Below, one piece after another: positions 40,830 through 55,540 of a DNA stretch of 64,000 nt. This DNA comes from Octopus vulgaris (lineage: Eukaryota): assembly GCA_951406725.2 (NCBI GenBank), contig OX597815.1:149482001-149546000 (forward strand), written 5' to 3'. The position numbers and the translations under genes are program-made. Position 1 is the first letter of the stretch. The number at the start of each line of letters is the position of its first letter. The notes beneath the pieces are model-generated. The model was not told the DNA's origin. It made no database searches and was given only the letters and a program-made list of their open reading frames with translations.

Positions 40830-41195
40830 GCAGTAGTGGTGAGATATGACAGCAAAGAAAAGCATACATTCACTCTCTGCATGCAATTAGACTCGGAAAG
40901 TTCGTGAGGGACCCATTGACTCAATTTGCTGACTTTTCCGATAGCACACAGGTGTCAATGAATGGTTGAATGACCAAATCCAAGCTTCTCTGCTAGTTCC
41001 TCAACAGTTACGATGATATTTTGTTCCACCAGGGTTTTCAGGATGTCCTTGTCGAGTTCTACAGATCTTTCAGGATGAGGCTCGTCTTCTAGGCTGTAGT
41101 TTATGGCTCGGGATTTCTGGAACCACCATTGACACTGCCTTACGCTTATTGTCCAATCCCCATATACTGCATTAATATTTCTTGTACTTTGCACA
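40830..41195 (-). mobile_element. mariner transposase N-terminal fragment
   Basis: RNINAVYGDWTISVRQCQWWFQK..SLEDEP..TVEELAEKLG..STIH*HL..GKVSKLSQWVPHEL. Confidence 0.9.
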
Positions 41196-41254
41196 CATTT
41201 ATATTCTGTTTTTCTTTTATATGTTTCAGCCTTGAGGTTGTGGCCATGCTGGAT

Positions 41255-41301
<47 letters not shown>

Positions 41302-41759
41302 CTATCTGTCTGTCTGTCTGTATGTATATATGTATATGTATGTGTGTGAACAATAATATTTTCAACAGATGTGTTGCAAATGTATCTGATTGTTCTCAAG
41401 CTTCAATACTGTGTGTGTGTGTATGTGTGTGTGTATGTATGTGTGTGTGTATGTGTGTGTGTGTATGTATGTATGTATGTATGTATGTATGTATGTATGT
41501 ATGAGTGTATGTTTACTTTATTACTAATTACTCTCTTCCAAGAACATTTTCACTCACTCTTAGCTCTTAGCTTCCCATACATTTTACTCATGTATCTATC
41601 AGCGTCATAGACAGAATACTTTCACTTTAGTCTTCCTCAAATCACTCTGTCGCTATTTACTTTCATTTTATTCGTTGCCCACTGTGTGTGTGCGTTTGCG
41701 TGTGGTGTAAACCAGACTAAGAAAAGCATTTGACACACACACCAGAATGTCAGTTTTCT

Positions 41760-41922
41760 GTAAATTTTGCTTAATTGGAGTTTAAATTTTAAAAACTGGA
41801 CCTGGCATGGCGCGATGCATTGTACTCTTAAAAATGCTAGGTAAATTGTAATTGAAGAAATCCTATATTGTAGATTTGTATAACTCCCAAAGGGAGGCAG
41901 ATAAAATCTGCCTTTTATAATA

Positions 41923-41927
<5 letters not shown>
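41760..41927 (-). mobile_element. Probable Helitron 5' end fragment
   Basis: Minus strand A|TCTTATTATAAAAGGCAGATTTTATCTGCC next to (TA)n; no 3' CTAG end found. Confidence 0.45.
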
Positions 41928-41982
<55 letters not shown>

Positions 41983-42252
41983 GACGGGCTTGTTTGAGTT
42001 TATGTATATATATATATATATATATACCACGGGCTTCTTTCAATTTCTCTCTACCATATCCAGTCACAATATTTTGGTTAGTCCGAGGTTATAGTAGAAG
42101 ACACTTGTCCAAGGTGCTCTGCAGTAGAATCTAAACCGGAACCACGTGATTGGTAAGCAAGCTTCTTACCACACAGCTGCTCCTACGCCTGTATATGGGT
42201 AGATAGAAGCACACACACACGTATATATATTTGTAGGTATGTATGTATATAT

Positions 42253-42309
<57 letters not shown>

Positions 42310-42783
42310 TCTGTACATAGATAAGTACACACAAGCACACACACATAGACACACAAACACACACACACGCGCGCACACACACACAGGCACACATGCTGAG
42401 TCACACGCACACGTTCACACATATATATTAAATGAGATAAAACTAACATCTTTAATTTGAAAATGCAAAAAGTACTAAAAGGCTTTTCTTCGAATGAAAT
42501 GGTATATAGAACTGTGTAGAACAATTCTGATAGGTATACAGCTGAGAGATAAACAACTTTGTAATCCTGGTATGAGAAAATATTTCTCGGTTTAAGCTGG
42601 TGATTAACTATATGTGGTATCATGTGGATATGTTGATTAAAGATTCATAAAGATAGCAAAATTAATATTGATAAGCTTAACACTACACCATTCTTGATGT
42701 TACGCGTGTATAACATAACAGTAATATATTTGATCTTGTCTTCATCATCCTCATCAGCAGTAGCATCGTTGTTATCGGTGCCC

Positions 42784-42922
42784 TTCTTCTTCTTCTTCTT
42801 CTTCTTCTTCTTCTTCTTCTTCTTCTTCTTCTTCTTCTTCTTCTTCTTCTTCTACTTCTACTTCTTCTTCTTCACCTTCTTAATTATCTTTTTTCTTCAT
42901 CTTCTTCTTCTTCTTCGTCTTT

Positions 42923-42954
<32 letters not shown>

Positions 42955-42976
42955 TTACTACTACTACTACTACTAC

Positions 42977-43010
<34 letters not shown>
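42784..43010. repeat. Compound (TTC)n-(TAC)n-(AAT)n microsatellite
   Basis: Direct reading. Confidence 0.95.
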
Positions 43011-43014
<4 letters not shown>

Positions 43015-43569
43015 GCCCTGATGCAGTACCAGGCAGTGGCTCTCATGGCTTCTGATCTTAACTGATTGGAAGTGTTATCATGTACATTGTTTTGTCTTGG
43101 TATAAAAGATGGGCTACAGCAAATATTCTGCTCAATACCACAGATTTGCTTGGTCAGTTGTTTGACTTTAACCAGTTGAGCATGTCCCTTAGTGGCTGAC
43201 GATATGTGCATCTCTGATCACGAGCAGAAGTAGTGGGGGAGCATCATAGCCATGTGTTGAGAGGGATTCTTTGGGGTTTGAATAATTCACCTCTGGAAAC
43301 ATGGGTGGTTTTTTCAACATCCTTAAACAACCCTTATTCAGGGACCTTTTGTGCGGGATGGGCTACTCAACCTGAAGAAAATTCTAACTGGGCCCCACCT
43401 GCAAGGTCATGTGCTGTTTATCTTGATATGAGATCACCATGTCGCGCACATGTGGTTGTGATGCATGTGCCTGGTATACCTTTATCAGACGGGTAGTCAT
43501 GATGGGTATATTGGGCTTCGTATATTTTACCCCAGTGTCACTTTGATGGCATGCACTGCTCTCTCACTC
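43011..43569 (+). mobile_element. Element C, full length, within (AAT)n on both sides
   Basis: Reference copy used for comparison. Confidence 0.92.
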
Positions 43570-43748
43570 AATAATAATAATAATAATAATGTTTTACAGG
43601 ATTGAGGTAACTCCTCCAATAGGTATACAGAAGCGAAAAACAATTAGGAGAATGCCATTGTTATTAAATGCATCTGTATACCTACAGGAAGGGTTACTTC
43701 AATATAATAATGATAATAATAATAATAATTATTATTATTATTATTATG

Positions 43749-43801
<53 letters not shown>

Positions 43802-43807
43802 TACTAT

Positions 43808-43945
<138 letters not shown>

Positions 43946-44009
43946 CTATCTCTTCTTCGCTGTCATCATTAGAATCTTCATCGTCGGTGTTGCGATGGTT
44001 ATTATATTT

Positions 44010-44390
44010 ATTTGGGAAGACGACTGTCAATAGTGTAAGATAATCGGAGAAATAAATTCTACGATTCTTCAGCATTGACTCTGACGGAAAAAGTCAGAAA
44101 GCAACATTGATGGAACTTACGCAGGTATGTTGCGTGTTTTTCGCCACAAAACATGGAAACACCCAACGAAAGAAGAGCTCTATAAAAATATCCCTGAGCA
44201 ATCGTGAATCGGTCAAGACCAGTGGACAAGATATGCCAGTTACCACTATTAAAGCAAAGATAAATTAGTGAGAGAGCTCCTTTTGTGTGTCTTGATCTAC
44301 GGAAAGATCTCATTGAATGACCCAGAATGACGTACATTGCTCAACGCTCACGTGATGTAGAGTTACAAATAAAAGAACTCTAAAATATCA
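44010..44390 (+). mobile_element. Decayed RTE/RTEX-like LINE C-terminal fragment
   Basis: YDSSALTLTEK..NIDGTYAGMLRVF..WKHPTKEELYKNIP. Confidence 0.65.
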
Positions 44391-44829
44391 TGGAACAGTA
44401 GCAACAGCAATAAGGGTAACGATGAATGTAATAACAATAGCAGAACAGAAGCCATTAGAAACAACAACAGCAACGTCTTGTTCGTGCTACGAATAGAAAA
44501 CGCCATTTGATTTATCATGACGCCTAGCGTTCAAGTAGAAGGTGCCCTTCGGAATATTGAGCATATATAAGGAAAGGTAGTTGAGTGACGTCGAGAATTA
44601 AAGTCCTTGTAATGAAACATTTACTGCTCTCCAGCCACAACTGTGCCGGCACTCTCTCCCCATTGAATGTTTGAAGAAAGGAGACAAAATAACTATACCA
44701 TGGACCCCACCAAAACTAGACCTTTGATGGATAATGGCATGAATTGTGTTGGAAGAAAGCGACAATTTACTTTATCTAAAGAAAACAGAGCAGAGGAGTT
44801 TTCACTTTAAGTTAACGCTGTACTACAGT

Positions 44830-45825
44830 TTTTCATTAATCACTTGATATAATTTGAAATGTTATCAGACACCTGTATCAGTTCAAGTCTTTATAAAATC
44901 CAGAAATGGAGACCATGCCATACACTTTCTTATAATCGATCTATACCCAAGTTAGTAGGTTATTCTTGCAGTTGTTCAGGACCATTCTGTCTGTCAGTAG
45001 TTGCTGTTTTGACCCTCGGCTTTTCCTTTTGCATTCCTTCCTGTTCCACTGGCAGTTTGTCATTACTTTCCCGCAAACACATAATTAGATATTATTCCTG
45101 TCAACAACTTCTACATGAGAGGTGGACAGGTGATAGGCTGGTAATTATCCACTGCATTGCATTTGTTGCTATCATTTTAGCAAAGAATTGTTTTACCTGT
45201 AGTTAGCCAGTTTGGGATTTGAACCTCGTTGTTGATCATTTTATCCATTTGCGTGACTATTCTTCTGTGTAGTGCTGGGAAATCTTTCAGCCAATATCCT
45301 CATACCACATCCGGACCAGAGCAATTCCAGTTTGGGATCTTGTTTTCTGTTCAGCTACAATTTCAGTCGTTGTTCTTATATTACTCAGTTTTACTTCATA
45401 TTTTTCCGACCATAACTCATTCAACAATCTTGCATCTTTGTTATGCTTTCTTCCATTATCCCAGATGTCACTCCTAAACCTCTTACTTTCTCAGTGCTGT
45501 TAACCTTTCCATTCAGCTGTTGATAAACCTTTTTCTGATATTGTTGGAGCAATGTGTTGATTTTATATTCTTCAATTCTTCGACTATGTCTCTTGATCTT
45601 TGTCGCTTTAGCCTGAAATCTGTGTTTCAGCTCTTCAAGAACTATATTTAGCCCCATTTTCCTTATCCTATATCTACGACCTGGTTCCTGACATTTCTCC
45701 TCACCTCTTGGCTTCACCTTTTTCTTTCTTGACAAAATGTTGATGTTTTCGTAGTTCTTTCATTGATTGCTTTATTCTTCTTTTCCACCATAGTTCTTTT
45801 CCTTCATTCACATGAATCATTGGAG
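44830..45825 (-). mobile_element. Decayed Dong/R4-clade LINE, N-terminal/RT region
   Basis: YRIRKMGLNIVLEELKHRFQAKATKIKRH..YQQLNG; PNWNCSGPDVV*GYWLK; NYQPITCPPLM*KLLTG. Confidence 0.85.
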
Positions 45826-45826
<1 letters not shown>

Positions 45827-45877
<51 letters not shown>

Positions 45878-45883
45878 TATTAC

Positions 45884-45950
<67 letters not shown>

Positions 45951-45985
45951 GTTACTATTACTACTGCTACTACTACTACTACTAC

Positions 45986-46038
<53 letters not shown>
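45827..46038. repeat. (TTA)n/(CTA)n microsatellite (tail or target of the adjacent LINE)
   Basis: Direct reading. Confidence 0.95.
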
Positions 46039-46039
<1 letters not shown>

Positions 46040-46040
<1 letters not shown>

Positions 46041-46320
46041 CTAATGATATTTTTATCACGTGCTTTCAATTCACAAGCGAGCGTAGGTACGTGTGCATTG
46101 GGTATGTGCTGTAGTTTGTATTGATGCTCTTATTTCCACTGTAGTTAAATTGTTTTACGTATGATGTGTGCCGTGCCTAGTAGTGCAATTTTCCGTATGC
46201 TATAGCATACAGAAAATACCTGTAAGTGCTGGTGTTTTTGTTGAATGTTTGTTTGAATGTTTGTTTTTGCAATCATAGCTAATGCGTCTACTTTGATAAG
46301 AATTTGTTTCATCTTTTAGG
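46040..46320 (-). mobile_element. Dong/R4-like LINE 3' terminus
   Basis: IRKIALLGTAHIIRKTI*, then a short UTR and an (AAT)n tail. Confidence 0.75.
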
Positions 46321-47614
46321 TTCTAGCTGTAGGGCTTAGTAGCGGCAGACCATTATAACATGTTAGCTTTACCTGATAATTTATGTCTTTTGTGATGTAC
46401 AAAGTGCAATTTATTTCTCAAGTTGTTTCGTTCTATTGGCTTTCTTTTAGGATAATACATTGTTTGGCTCAAAATTAACTTCATAGTAACGCGTATTCGC
46501 GTATTCATCGAAAAGTTTTTATTCATACATTTGTCACATTGAACTTGACACCATTTCTTTGTAGCTATTAAAGGTAAATAAATCTTAGTTTTGTTTTATT
46601 GATCTGGTGGCACTCATATCTTCGATTTACTTTTTTGGACATATTCTTTACTATGAACTTTTTTCCATAATTCTCTTATTTTAATCAAGCTCTTTCATAC
46701 CCGCGTCTGTTTTGCTTTCACCCTCTATCACTCTGTCTGTCTGTCTCTCTCTGTCTGTCACTCTGTCTCTCTCTCTCGCTCTTGTTTTCCCTTTCATCCA
46801 CTCTCTTGCTTCTACTTTTTCATTCTAAATCGATATTTCGTAATTAATCTGTATGATCTTTTATTGTACATTTTACAGCTGTATTAATTAGTTTGTCAAT
46901 TTTTTTTTCAAATACGTTTCAACAAATCTCGATCATCTTTCTCAGGAAAAGATCGCTAGTGATGGTGATGGCATTGCTGGTGATGAAGATGATGGTATTG
47001 GTGGTGGAAGCTGCCATAACTGGTGCAGATTGTTCCTTCAACGATCCAAACACGAACATTTATACGTAGTTTCTTGTCATGCAAGTAATATCGAAGTAAT
47101 TCCCGTTAAATTACACTTCACCATCTAATAAATATAAATTCACATAAAAGCCGTATTTGTAGATGAAGAATATACGAAAGACGAGGCGATCTTGACTGTA
47201 ATCCTTATGTAATAGGTAAGCCGTTTCAAGGTGGATCTGGGGCTAAGTTGAAATAATACCATTGCTGACAGAAAATGTAAAGTGCATTAGTTTTATTCAG
47301 TTGTCAGAATGCTTCGGACACATTTATGCAAGGAGATTGTTATTTAGAAACTATTTTGAGCATGGAAGTAAAGGGTAAAATTGAAAATGTGATAACGGTA
47401 AAATGTGCTTTGTGTGGAGAGTAGGTTATCACGATACAGGAATGTATAATACCAGCAATGTAAGTGGACAATCGAAAATAGCTTGTTGTTCAATTGGTTT
47501 AAATATAAGAATTAAGGAGTCATTAACTGAATACGTCTCTTAGTATAAATATGGAACAAATTGCTTGTACGTGTCTATAAAGAGAGAGGAGGAGGAGGAG
47601 TGAGATATATATAC

Positions 47615-47652
<38 letters not shown>

Positions 47653-48559
47653 ATGTGTGTGTGTGTGTGTGTGTAAAGAGAGAGAGAGAGAAAGTGAATG
47701 TATACATACATATGCATAGATATCTACATGTATTTAGACAGATAAGATATGCATACACTTATAGAGAAAGAGATACATACGTATACATACGTTATGTACA
47801 TTAATATGTATATAAACATACATACACATACATACATATTATACACACACATCGAATAATTACTAAATCCACTAGCAGACATTAAAAATCAAATGACAAA
47901 AAAAGAACCTGAAAACAAAATCAGAATTTTTCTTTGTTTTGATTTTCTTTTTTTACTCGGATGATAACGAAATACCAAGACATAATCAGTCTTACAATTT
48001 TACTTCACTTACAACTGAAAGCTTTCAGTTACAATTGAAGCCAATTATTCTATTATATTGAAAACTCGAGTTACTATGAATCGCATCAAATTGTTTATTC
48101 AAGCAAATTCTACAAGCTGTCAACAACAGGCCGCTTTTTTTTTCTGTTTCTCTTCAATGTACCATAAAATAATTCGTGACATCTTTCGAAAGACATGAAT
48201 GTAGATTTGTATCTTGCCATATAATTTTATTTGACACATCAGTAGTTTAGTGGTAGAGAAGCAAATAATAAAATGTCCTTCTTGAAGTGTCCTTGCTACG
48301 CGAGTTTGTATCGCTTTTCCGGCTTGCTATGTAAGTAATATATTCAAAGCGTTAAAGAAATAATGAGAGCACAAGGAGCAAGTGAAATTCTATATTTAAT
48401 ACCAGCTAGTCAGTGAATTTTGGTTGTGAATAGTGATCTTTAAATAGAACGTATATGTGAAGTACACACCAGGTGCAACGAATTTGGGGAGTACCAGAGG
48501 AAAAAAGCAGAAGATAACACTTAATATGTAATTATGTTACAAATGTATATATATATATA

Positions 48560-48755
48560 TATAAATACAGCTTGTTCGCTAAATACACAAGTTTTTTTTA
48601 TTCTCTCTCAGTATATTTTCTCTCATTCTTTTCTGTTGAATAGCGTAGGATCGAAACGTAAAAGGTTTCTCACTGTTCCGCGTGTCAATCTAATATTCCT
48701 GATTGTTCTTCATACACCAGTCTTCATCTTTTGTTTTCCTGCAAATTTCAGCTAT
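48560..48755 (+). mobile_element. Short (TA)n-bounded element with a hammerhead-like variant (CUGUUGA)
   Basis: tttt-CTGTTGA-a-tagc gtag gatc-GAAA-CG-TA-aaag at 48629-48664; homologous to 56215-56370(-). Confidence 0.6.
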
Positions 48756-48770
48756 ATATATATGTGTGTG

Positions 48771-48806
<36 letters not shown>

Positions 48807-48839
48807 GAGAGAGGGGGAGGGGAGGGAGAGGTTATGAAA

Positions 48840-49000
48840 AATAATGGTGTCAATAAGACCCGAAGGTGTCAGGTAAGTATTGCTTAATCATTTTTGCACA
48901 CCGTCTCCGTTGCAGGGATATATAAAATATCCTGGAAACAGCTGTAAAACATATCTATAAATTTTCTAAAATCTTTCACGGCCTTGGAATTTGTTTAAAT
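48840..49000 (+). mobile_element. Solo pLTR fragment with a degenerate hammerhead
   Basis: gtct-CCGTTGC-agggatat/atatcct-g-GAAA-CAGCTG-TA-aaac at 48903-48950. Confidence 0.6.
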
Positions 49001-49294
49001 ATGAAATATATATATATATATATTAACACATTCTTATATGTACTTATATATTTATAAATAGATATATTAGAAATTGCAAATGACTAGGATTGAAGAATGT
49101 TTAATTCTAGTTTTAAATGGTTTCTGAATTTTATTTTGTCTAGTATTTTCTCAAGTCTTATTAATATTTTCTTAAATTCTTTATATTGACTACAACTTTT
49201 TGTGAAATATGATAGTCATCATGTTTATCTAATTTTAACATTTGTGTCATTGTGAAGTACGTTACAACTTCCTTTTCACTATTATTGTTTCTTC

Positions 49295-49553
49295 TTGTGA
49301 AAGGCAGGAGAGTCCAGTTTGCTGGACATTGTTGTAGAACTGAAATAGAAGTAATTTCTACTCTTCTCCTCTGGAAGCCATCTACTCGCAATACCAGAGG
49401 GCGCACACTCTCCTACCCTGATGTAATCTCCAGGGATACAGGCATCCAGCAACAGGACCTCCGTAATGCCATGATGGACCGTGAAGTCTGGCGTAGCATG
49501 GTAAATTCCATTGTCTCGACCACGGTCGAACAATGATGATGATGATGATGATG
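49295..49553 (+). mobile_element. RTE/RTEX-like LINE 3' end with (TGA)n tail
   Basis: RRVQFAGHCCR..LLLWKP..RGRTLSYPDVISRDTG..LRNAMMDREVWR. Confidence 0.85.
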
Positions 49554-50759
49554 TTTCTTCTCACTACCGTAACATCCGGTCTATAATTCCCTTCTCTTTT
49601 ACGAATGTATTTTCCCGAAGTTTTAGATAGCTCAGCTTTCTGGTAAAATAAAATTTGCTGGGTTCTTTTTGTAAAAATTTCACACGCATTTTTAAAATCT
49701 GTTCAATTCCCATCGTGATTCAATTTCCTTTTACATTTTCGTCAGCTCGATAAAGAAAATGTTATTATTAAGGCAATTATTCAAATCCCGCCGAGGCCGA
49801 TTCTGCCTTTCATCCTTTCGAGGTCGTTAAAGTAAGTATCAGTGAAACACTGGGGTCCCCTTCCCCAAATTTCAGGCCTTGTGCCTATAGTAGAATGGAT
49901 TAGTAAGGCAACTATTTGTGCATAAGGCAATTATTAGTGTATAATGTTCCTTCGTTCGAACAATGTGCGGAATTATTGTTCTTAAAAATTGTGACTTTAA
50001 TTTTGAGCATGAAACATTTCACCTACATCTAAAAACTAAGCCTGGCTTTTGTTTCTCGTAGTAAAGAAATCTAAACGAATTTTGTGGCTTCTGTCATTTA
50101 GAGAAGCCTTGCGATTTTGCATATGAGTATTTTGCTATAAGAAAAATCATGAACATATTTGGAAGTTTTTTGAATTCATAACTATTCACAAGCTATGTAG
50201 TTGTGTTTACTAGCCTTTTCATTAACATCGGGGCCTATAGAATGAGCGTCAAGAAGTTTGAGAGTAAGAAAGATATGATATTGAAAAGAAAAAATGTAAC
50301 GTTTCTTCAATTTTCTAAGCTTTCTTAAAAGAAACACTTTTCTATCTACTTTTAAGATTCGTTGGAATTTCTATGATATATTTGTGTTATAGAGCGGAGA
50401 CCTCTTCAGGCCAAGCGAATTTATCGTAATAACAGCCATCCAGCAAAGGTTTCGTTTGTTTTCACTGTGCTGTCAAGTCTTACTAAGGAGAAATCTGTAA
50501 GCAATGACCTTGTATTCTGAACGGAATATTGACAATTAATTGTCTTAAATAGAGACATTGTAGTGTGAGGATACTAAGCAGCAAATCTTAACTTTGTTGT
50601 CTATTACGAATATCAGTTCAGACATATGCAGCCCTTACTCGTTTATCACAAAGTGAGAATTAATTTATATCTTCATGTCCGACCACTCCACAATCTTGGC
50701 TACAATCTCTCTCTCTATCTATCTATATATCTATCTATCTACCTCTATTTATCTACCTC

Positions 50760-50842
<83 letters not shown>

Positions 50843-51673
50843 CTAAGTAATTTACAGAAAACCACTCTAGTTGCCTTGTATGTTTTATTGGAAACCATAG
50901 TATAGTTCAGGAAAGTTTAACACGTCTTGATATAAATCTAATGTGTCATGGAACATTGACTGAAAGTGTTTGTAGTGTGCTGGATCGGAGTGGGTAATTG
51001 ATGTCAAATGTAAAAGCTTCCAGTTTGGAATTTGATCGATAAAATAAATACAACTATTACTTTAGATTATCAATAAAATTACTGATTATACGTATACTAC
51101 GCCTAAGAAATATATTTCGCATAAGTGCTATGTCAGTTCATTCTGTTCCAGATGCATTATTGATAAGATCTGACAGCTCACGCTTAGTTTGTATTCATTA
51201 TTCAGAATATAAGTTTACATATATGTTAGACGTGCCTGGGCTAGAGATATTGAAGAATTCGGTGGTTTTCTATTATGTAAAATAAGAATAAAATACGAGA
51301 CTATATTATTCCAGAGAATCTGTTTTATCGTTAGAATATATGCATTTATATATCTTTGTCGATGAGAGTATGCGTGTATGTATGTATGTGTGTATGTAAG
51401 TAAGTATCTATGAATGTATGTATGTATGTATGTATGTATGTATGTATGTATGTATGTATGTATGTATGTATGTATGTATGTATGTATGTATGTGTGCATG
51501 TGTGTATGTATATGTATGCAGGTGTCCCAAACGTTTCGCCCGATTCTTATTATGAAAACTATTGTAGGTTTTAAATTAATTTTATTATATAGAAAAAAAA
51601 GATCAATAATAACTGTGAAAGAAACACTGTACGATGAAATATAAACCGGGTAAAGCTTTCTGGACAACTTCTA

Positions 51674-51822
<149 letters not shown>

Positions 51823-52020
51823 GAGATAATGGTGTCATTGAAACCCAAAGGTGTCAGGTAATGCTGAATAAGTGCTAGAGACAGATCATAGTTACTTTCT
51901 AGATTCGGTCTTTTTGCGAATAAAGGGTTCAATGCCAGAGTGTGTATATAAGAATTTTTCTGCGTAATAAGATAAAAAAAACTATGGGTGTGTACATATT
52001 AGAGCATTTATAGATAAAAG

Positions 52021-52072
52021 GTCTTACAGGTGTTTCTAGGATATTTATTAATTATATCCCTTCATCGGAGAC
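52021..52072 (-). ncRNA. Hammerhead motif in the inverted pLTR (CCGAUGA)
   Basis: gtct-CCGATGA-a-gggatat..atatcct-a-GAAA-cacctg-TA^agac. Confidence 0.75.
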
Positions 52073-53187
52073 GGTATGAGAGGATGATTAAGTCATAGTT
52101 AGTTTAGATGCGATACAAAATAGAGAGTGAGGTGGAGGAAAGAAAATAGATGCAAGGTATTTATGGATATTGAAGTTGTAAATCCATTTTCTTAGGCATA
52201 CCAGTATATAAGCAATATTCCAATATCCTATGAGTAAAGTCCAAAATTCTAAACTTATCAACATCCCAATACTCCCCTTACCACAAACCTAAACAAATCC
52301 TTAAATAACTTAAAATCCACTCCAATCACCACAAATCCACTTTCAATAGCATAATCAAGAGCATCTCAACCTGCACATCCGACCTCTCTTCCACTGAAGA
52401 AATCTTCAGTAATCACGCACCATATAATAATCACGCATTCGCTGCTAGAGGCTTCTCCCAACAAGTAGAATGCATCCATAACAACAGACTCAAATAACGC
52501 ATATCTCAAATCACATCTCAAACACGCGATAACCATCACAATCGCAACCAACCACACACATTTGTCGATGAAACCATGGAAGGCATTGCACCCAGGCAAT
52601 TCAGACCTCACCCACATTCATTTAACACTAGGTCAAAAACGAAAACAAATAAAACAACTAACAATAACAGGCCTCGCTTACCACACGTCTTACCTAGTAA
52701 TATAGATACCACTCATTTATCTAGCAACTTAGATAGCTCTATTCCCAGGCCCCCTAAAAAAAGTGGCGGTCGCTCTATTTTATGGTACACACCACCATTC
52801 TCACTTAACGATAAGAACGTAGCTAAGTCCTTCTTTAGAATACTAGACTCTAACTTCCCTCGACAACATAAATATCATTCTATCTTTAATCGATCCACCC
52901 TGAAACTATCTTATTCTAACTCACCTTCGAATCTATTATAGCAGCCTCGAATAAGCAAAAGATATCTCTTTGCTATCAAAACTAACATAGCTACAACTCT
53001 AGTAATACAAATAATCAACACACACACAGATCCAGTACAGATACCCTTACACTAAAACAGAACCACAAACAAACCCATTCAACTAACACTGCTCGGAACA
53101 ACACCTACAACTTTAACGCCCCTACAACTAGCAGAATTAATAGTAACAATAGTAGTACTGGTGGTGATAATAATGATAACGTTAGTA

Positions 53188-53228
<41 letters not shown>

Positions 53229-53254
53229 GATGATGGTGGTGGTGGTGGTGGTGG

Positions 53255-53291
<37 letters not shown>

Positions 53292-53830
53292 AAATGCCCT
53301 CATGCAGTACCAGGCAGTGGCTCACGTGGCTTCTGATCTTAACTGATTGGAAGTGTTATCATGTGCATTGTTTTGTCTTGGTAGAAAAGATGGACTACAG
53401 CAAATATTCTGCTCTGCTCAATACTACAGATTTACTTGTCAGTTGTTTGACCGTAACCAGTTGACCATGTACCTTAGTGACTGACGATATGTGCATCTCT
53501 AATCACGAGCAGAAGTAGTGGGGGAGCATCATAGCCGTGTGTTGAAAGGAATTCTTAGAGGTTTGGATAACTCACCTTTGGAAACATAGGTGGTTCTTTC
53601 AACATCGTTAAACAATCCATATTCAGGGATCGTTTGAGAAAATTCTAAATGGGCCCTACCTTCAAGGTCATGCGCTGTTTATCGTGATATGAGATCACTA
53701 TGTCGCGCACATATGGTTATTATGCATGTGCCTGGTGTACTCTTATCAGACGAGTAGTCGTGATGGGTATACTGGGCTTCCTATATTTTACCCCAGTATC
53801 ACTTTGATGGCATGCACTGCTCTCTCAATC
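53292..53830 (+). mobile_element. Element C, older copy inserted inside the PLE ORF
   Basis: Same 5' and 3' ends, more substitutions and a small deletion. Confidence 0.9.
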
Positions 53831-53851
53831 AATGATAATAATAATAATAAT

Positions 53852-54397
53852 ATAGAAATTTTCACCCCCTTCTATAACCTCTCCTCTGACGATACTTCCT
53901 TCTCTATTACCGAACTCGCTCCCCAAAATTCACCTAATTGTAACTGCCATCCTGAAACCACCTGCCCGTTACAAAACCATGGCAGAAGATATGATGTAAT
54001 TTACAAATGCACGGTCCTTAATCTATTACACATCTCTACAGCCATATACATAGGATCAACAAAAAATTTTAAGCAACGCTATGCCACTCATCTCCATTCT
54101 TTTAGATACGATAAACATAGTAAATCTACAACACTCGCCAACCACATACATCATCTCAAAAATGCAAATATACCCTCTACTCTATCATGGTCCATAATGG
54201 ACTCAGGACCTCCCTACCGAGGTCAACACTCAACCTGCAAGTTTTGCCTGAAGGAGGCACTCCACATATTAAAGCACAACTTTCCAACACTGCTAAATAA
54301 ATATAACGAGGCACTAAGCACATGCAACCATCGCTTTTATCACACGTTGGATTCTACCACAAATCCAAATGCCAGAATGTACAGTACATTTTCATAA
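53852..54397 (+). pseudogene. GIY-YIG endonuclease domain of the PLE (stop-free segment)
   Basis: NCNCHPETTCPLQ..DVIYKCTV..IYIGSTKNFKQRYATHLHSFR..STTLANHI..CKFCLKEALHI..LLNKYNEALSTCNH. Confidence 0.85.
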
Positions 54398-55488
54398 TAC
54401 TCCTTAGGTAATCCCAATAACCTTATAAATCTACACTCTAACACCTAATTCCTATCTAGTCCGACACATGTACCATCTGATTGTTTCGTATGTATGTGCA
54501 TACACCCATTATGCATGGATATGTATGAATGAGTGTATGCGTGTATATATGTATGTGGGTATGTGTAAATATACGTATGCAAGGTAGGTATATTCACCTA
54601 CGTATACAGAGGCGATGATACATGCAGATGAACGTAAAAATGACCCTGATGAGTACATATGCATGCGAGTAAAGATTGTATGTGTAACTTGTCTGATATA
54701 TACATGTATATACATCTTCACATATATTTTCTTATATTACTAAGCACTGAACTGTTAAACATATAAATCCCTTAATTCTTCATACTACTAACCCCATCTC
54801 TCTGCCCCTACACTTAGACTCTACTACTACACATTTTTCAGTCCTTTAACTCTTACCCCCTCCCCATATTCCTTCTATCCTCTTACACTATAATACCTTT
54901 CTCTCTATTTTACCCATCATCCCGCACTCCTACTTTCAAATTATCTCCACTGACCACTGACTGATCTATATCTTCATTTTTCTTTTTTCTTTATTCCTTT
55001 TATCCCTCTCTTCAGGATTTTTTTAATTATTTTGTTATCATTTTATTAATTTTATTCTTACTTTCTTCTCCTTCTTCTCTCTCTTTCTTTCTCTTCTCTT
55101 TTTTCTATTCTCATTTTTTCTCCTTCTTCATTTTTCTCTTCCTGTTTTCGATTTGACCTTATCAGTACACTCCCTATTTTTAGGTTACTTTAAATAAAAA
55201 ACTTTTTGACTATGCAACACTATATAAATTCTCTACTTGGAATGACCAAGTTTAAAAATCTGCTGGATCTCACTCATAATGTAATCTTACATTCCGTATA
55301 AACTCTATATTTGGAAGGACACATTTTAAACTCTGTTGGACTTTTGGACTTTACTCATAGGATATTAAAACATTGCATATATACCAGTATGCCTAAAAAT
55401 GGATTTACAACTTCAATATCCATACATATCTTGCATCTATTTTCTTTCCTCCACCTCACTAACTATGACTTAACCATTCTCTCACACC

Positions 55489-55540
55489 GTCTCCGATGAA
55501 GGGATATAATTAATAAATATCCTAGAAACAGCTTTAAGAC
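55489..55540 (+). ncRNA. Hammerhead motif in the 3' pLTR (CCGAUGA)
   Basis: gtct-CCGATGA-a-gggatat..atatcct-a-GAAA-cagctt-TA^agac. Confidence 0.75.

Larger units (their letters stand above)
39968..42190 (-). mobile_element. SINE family A split by nested Helitron and mariner insertions (tail 39968-40160, head 42028-42190)
   Basis: Collinear halves; the insertions start in the internal (TA)n. Confidence 0.7.

Noticed and set aside
54627-54690. CTGATGA followed by a hairpin in the PLE 3' region
   Set aside because: The GAAA box is absent; at most a relic.
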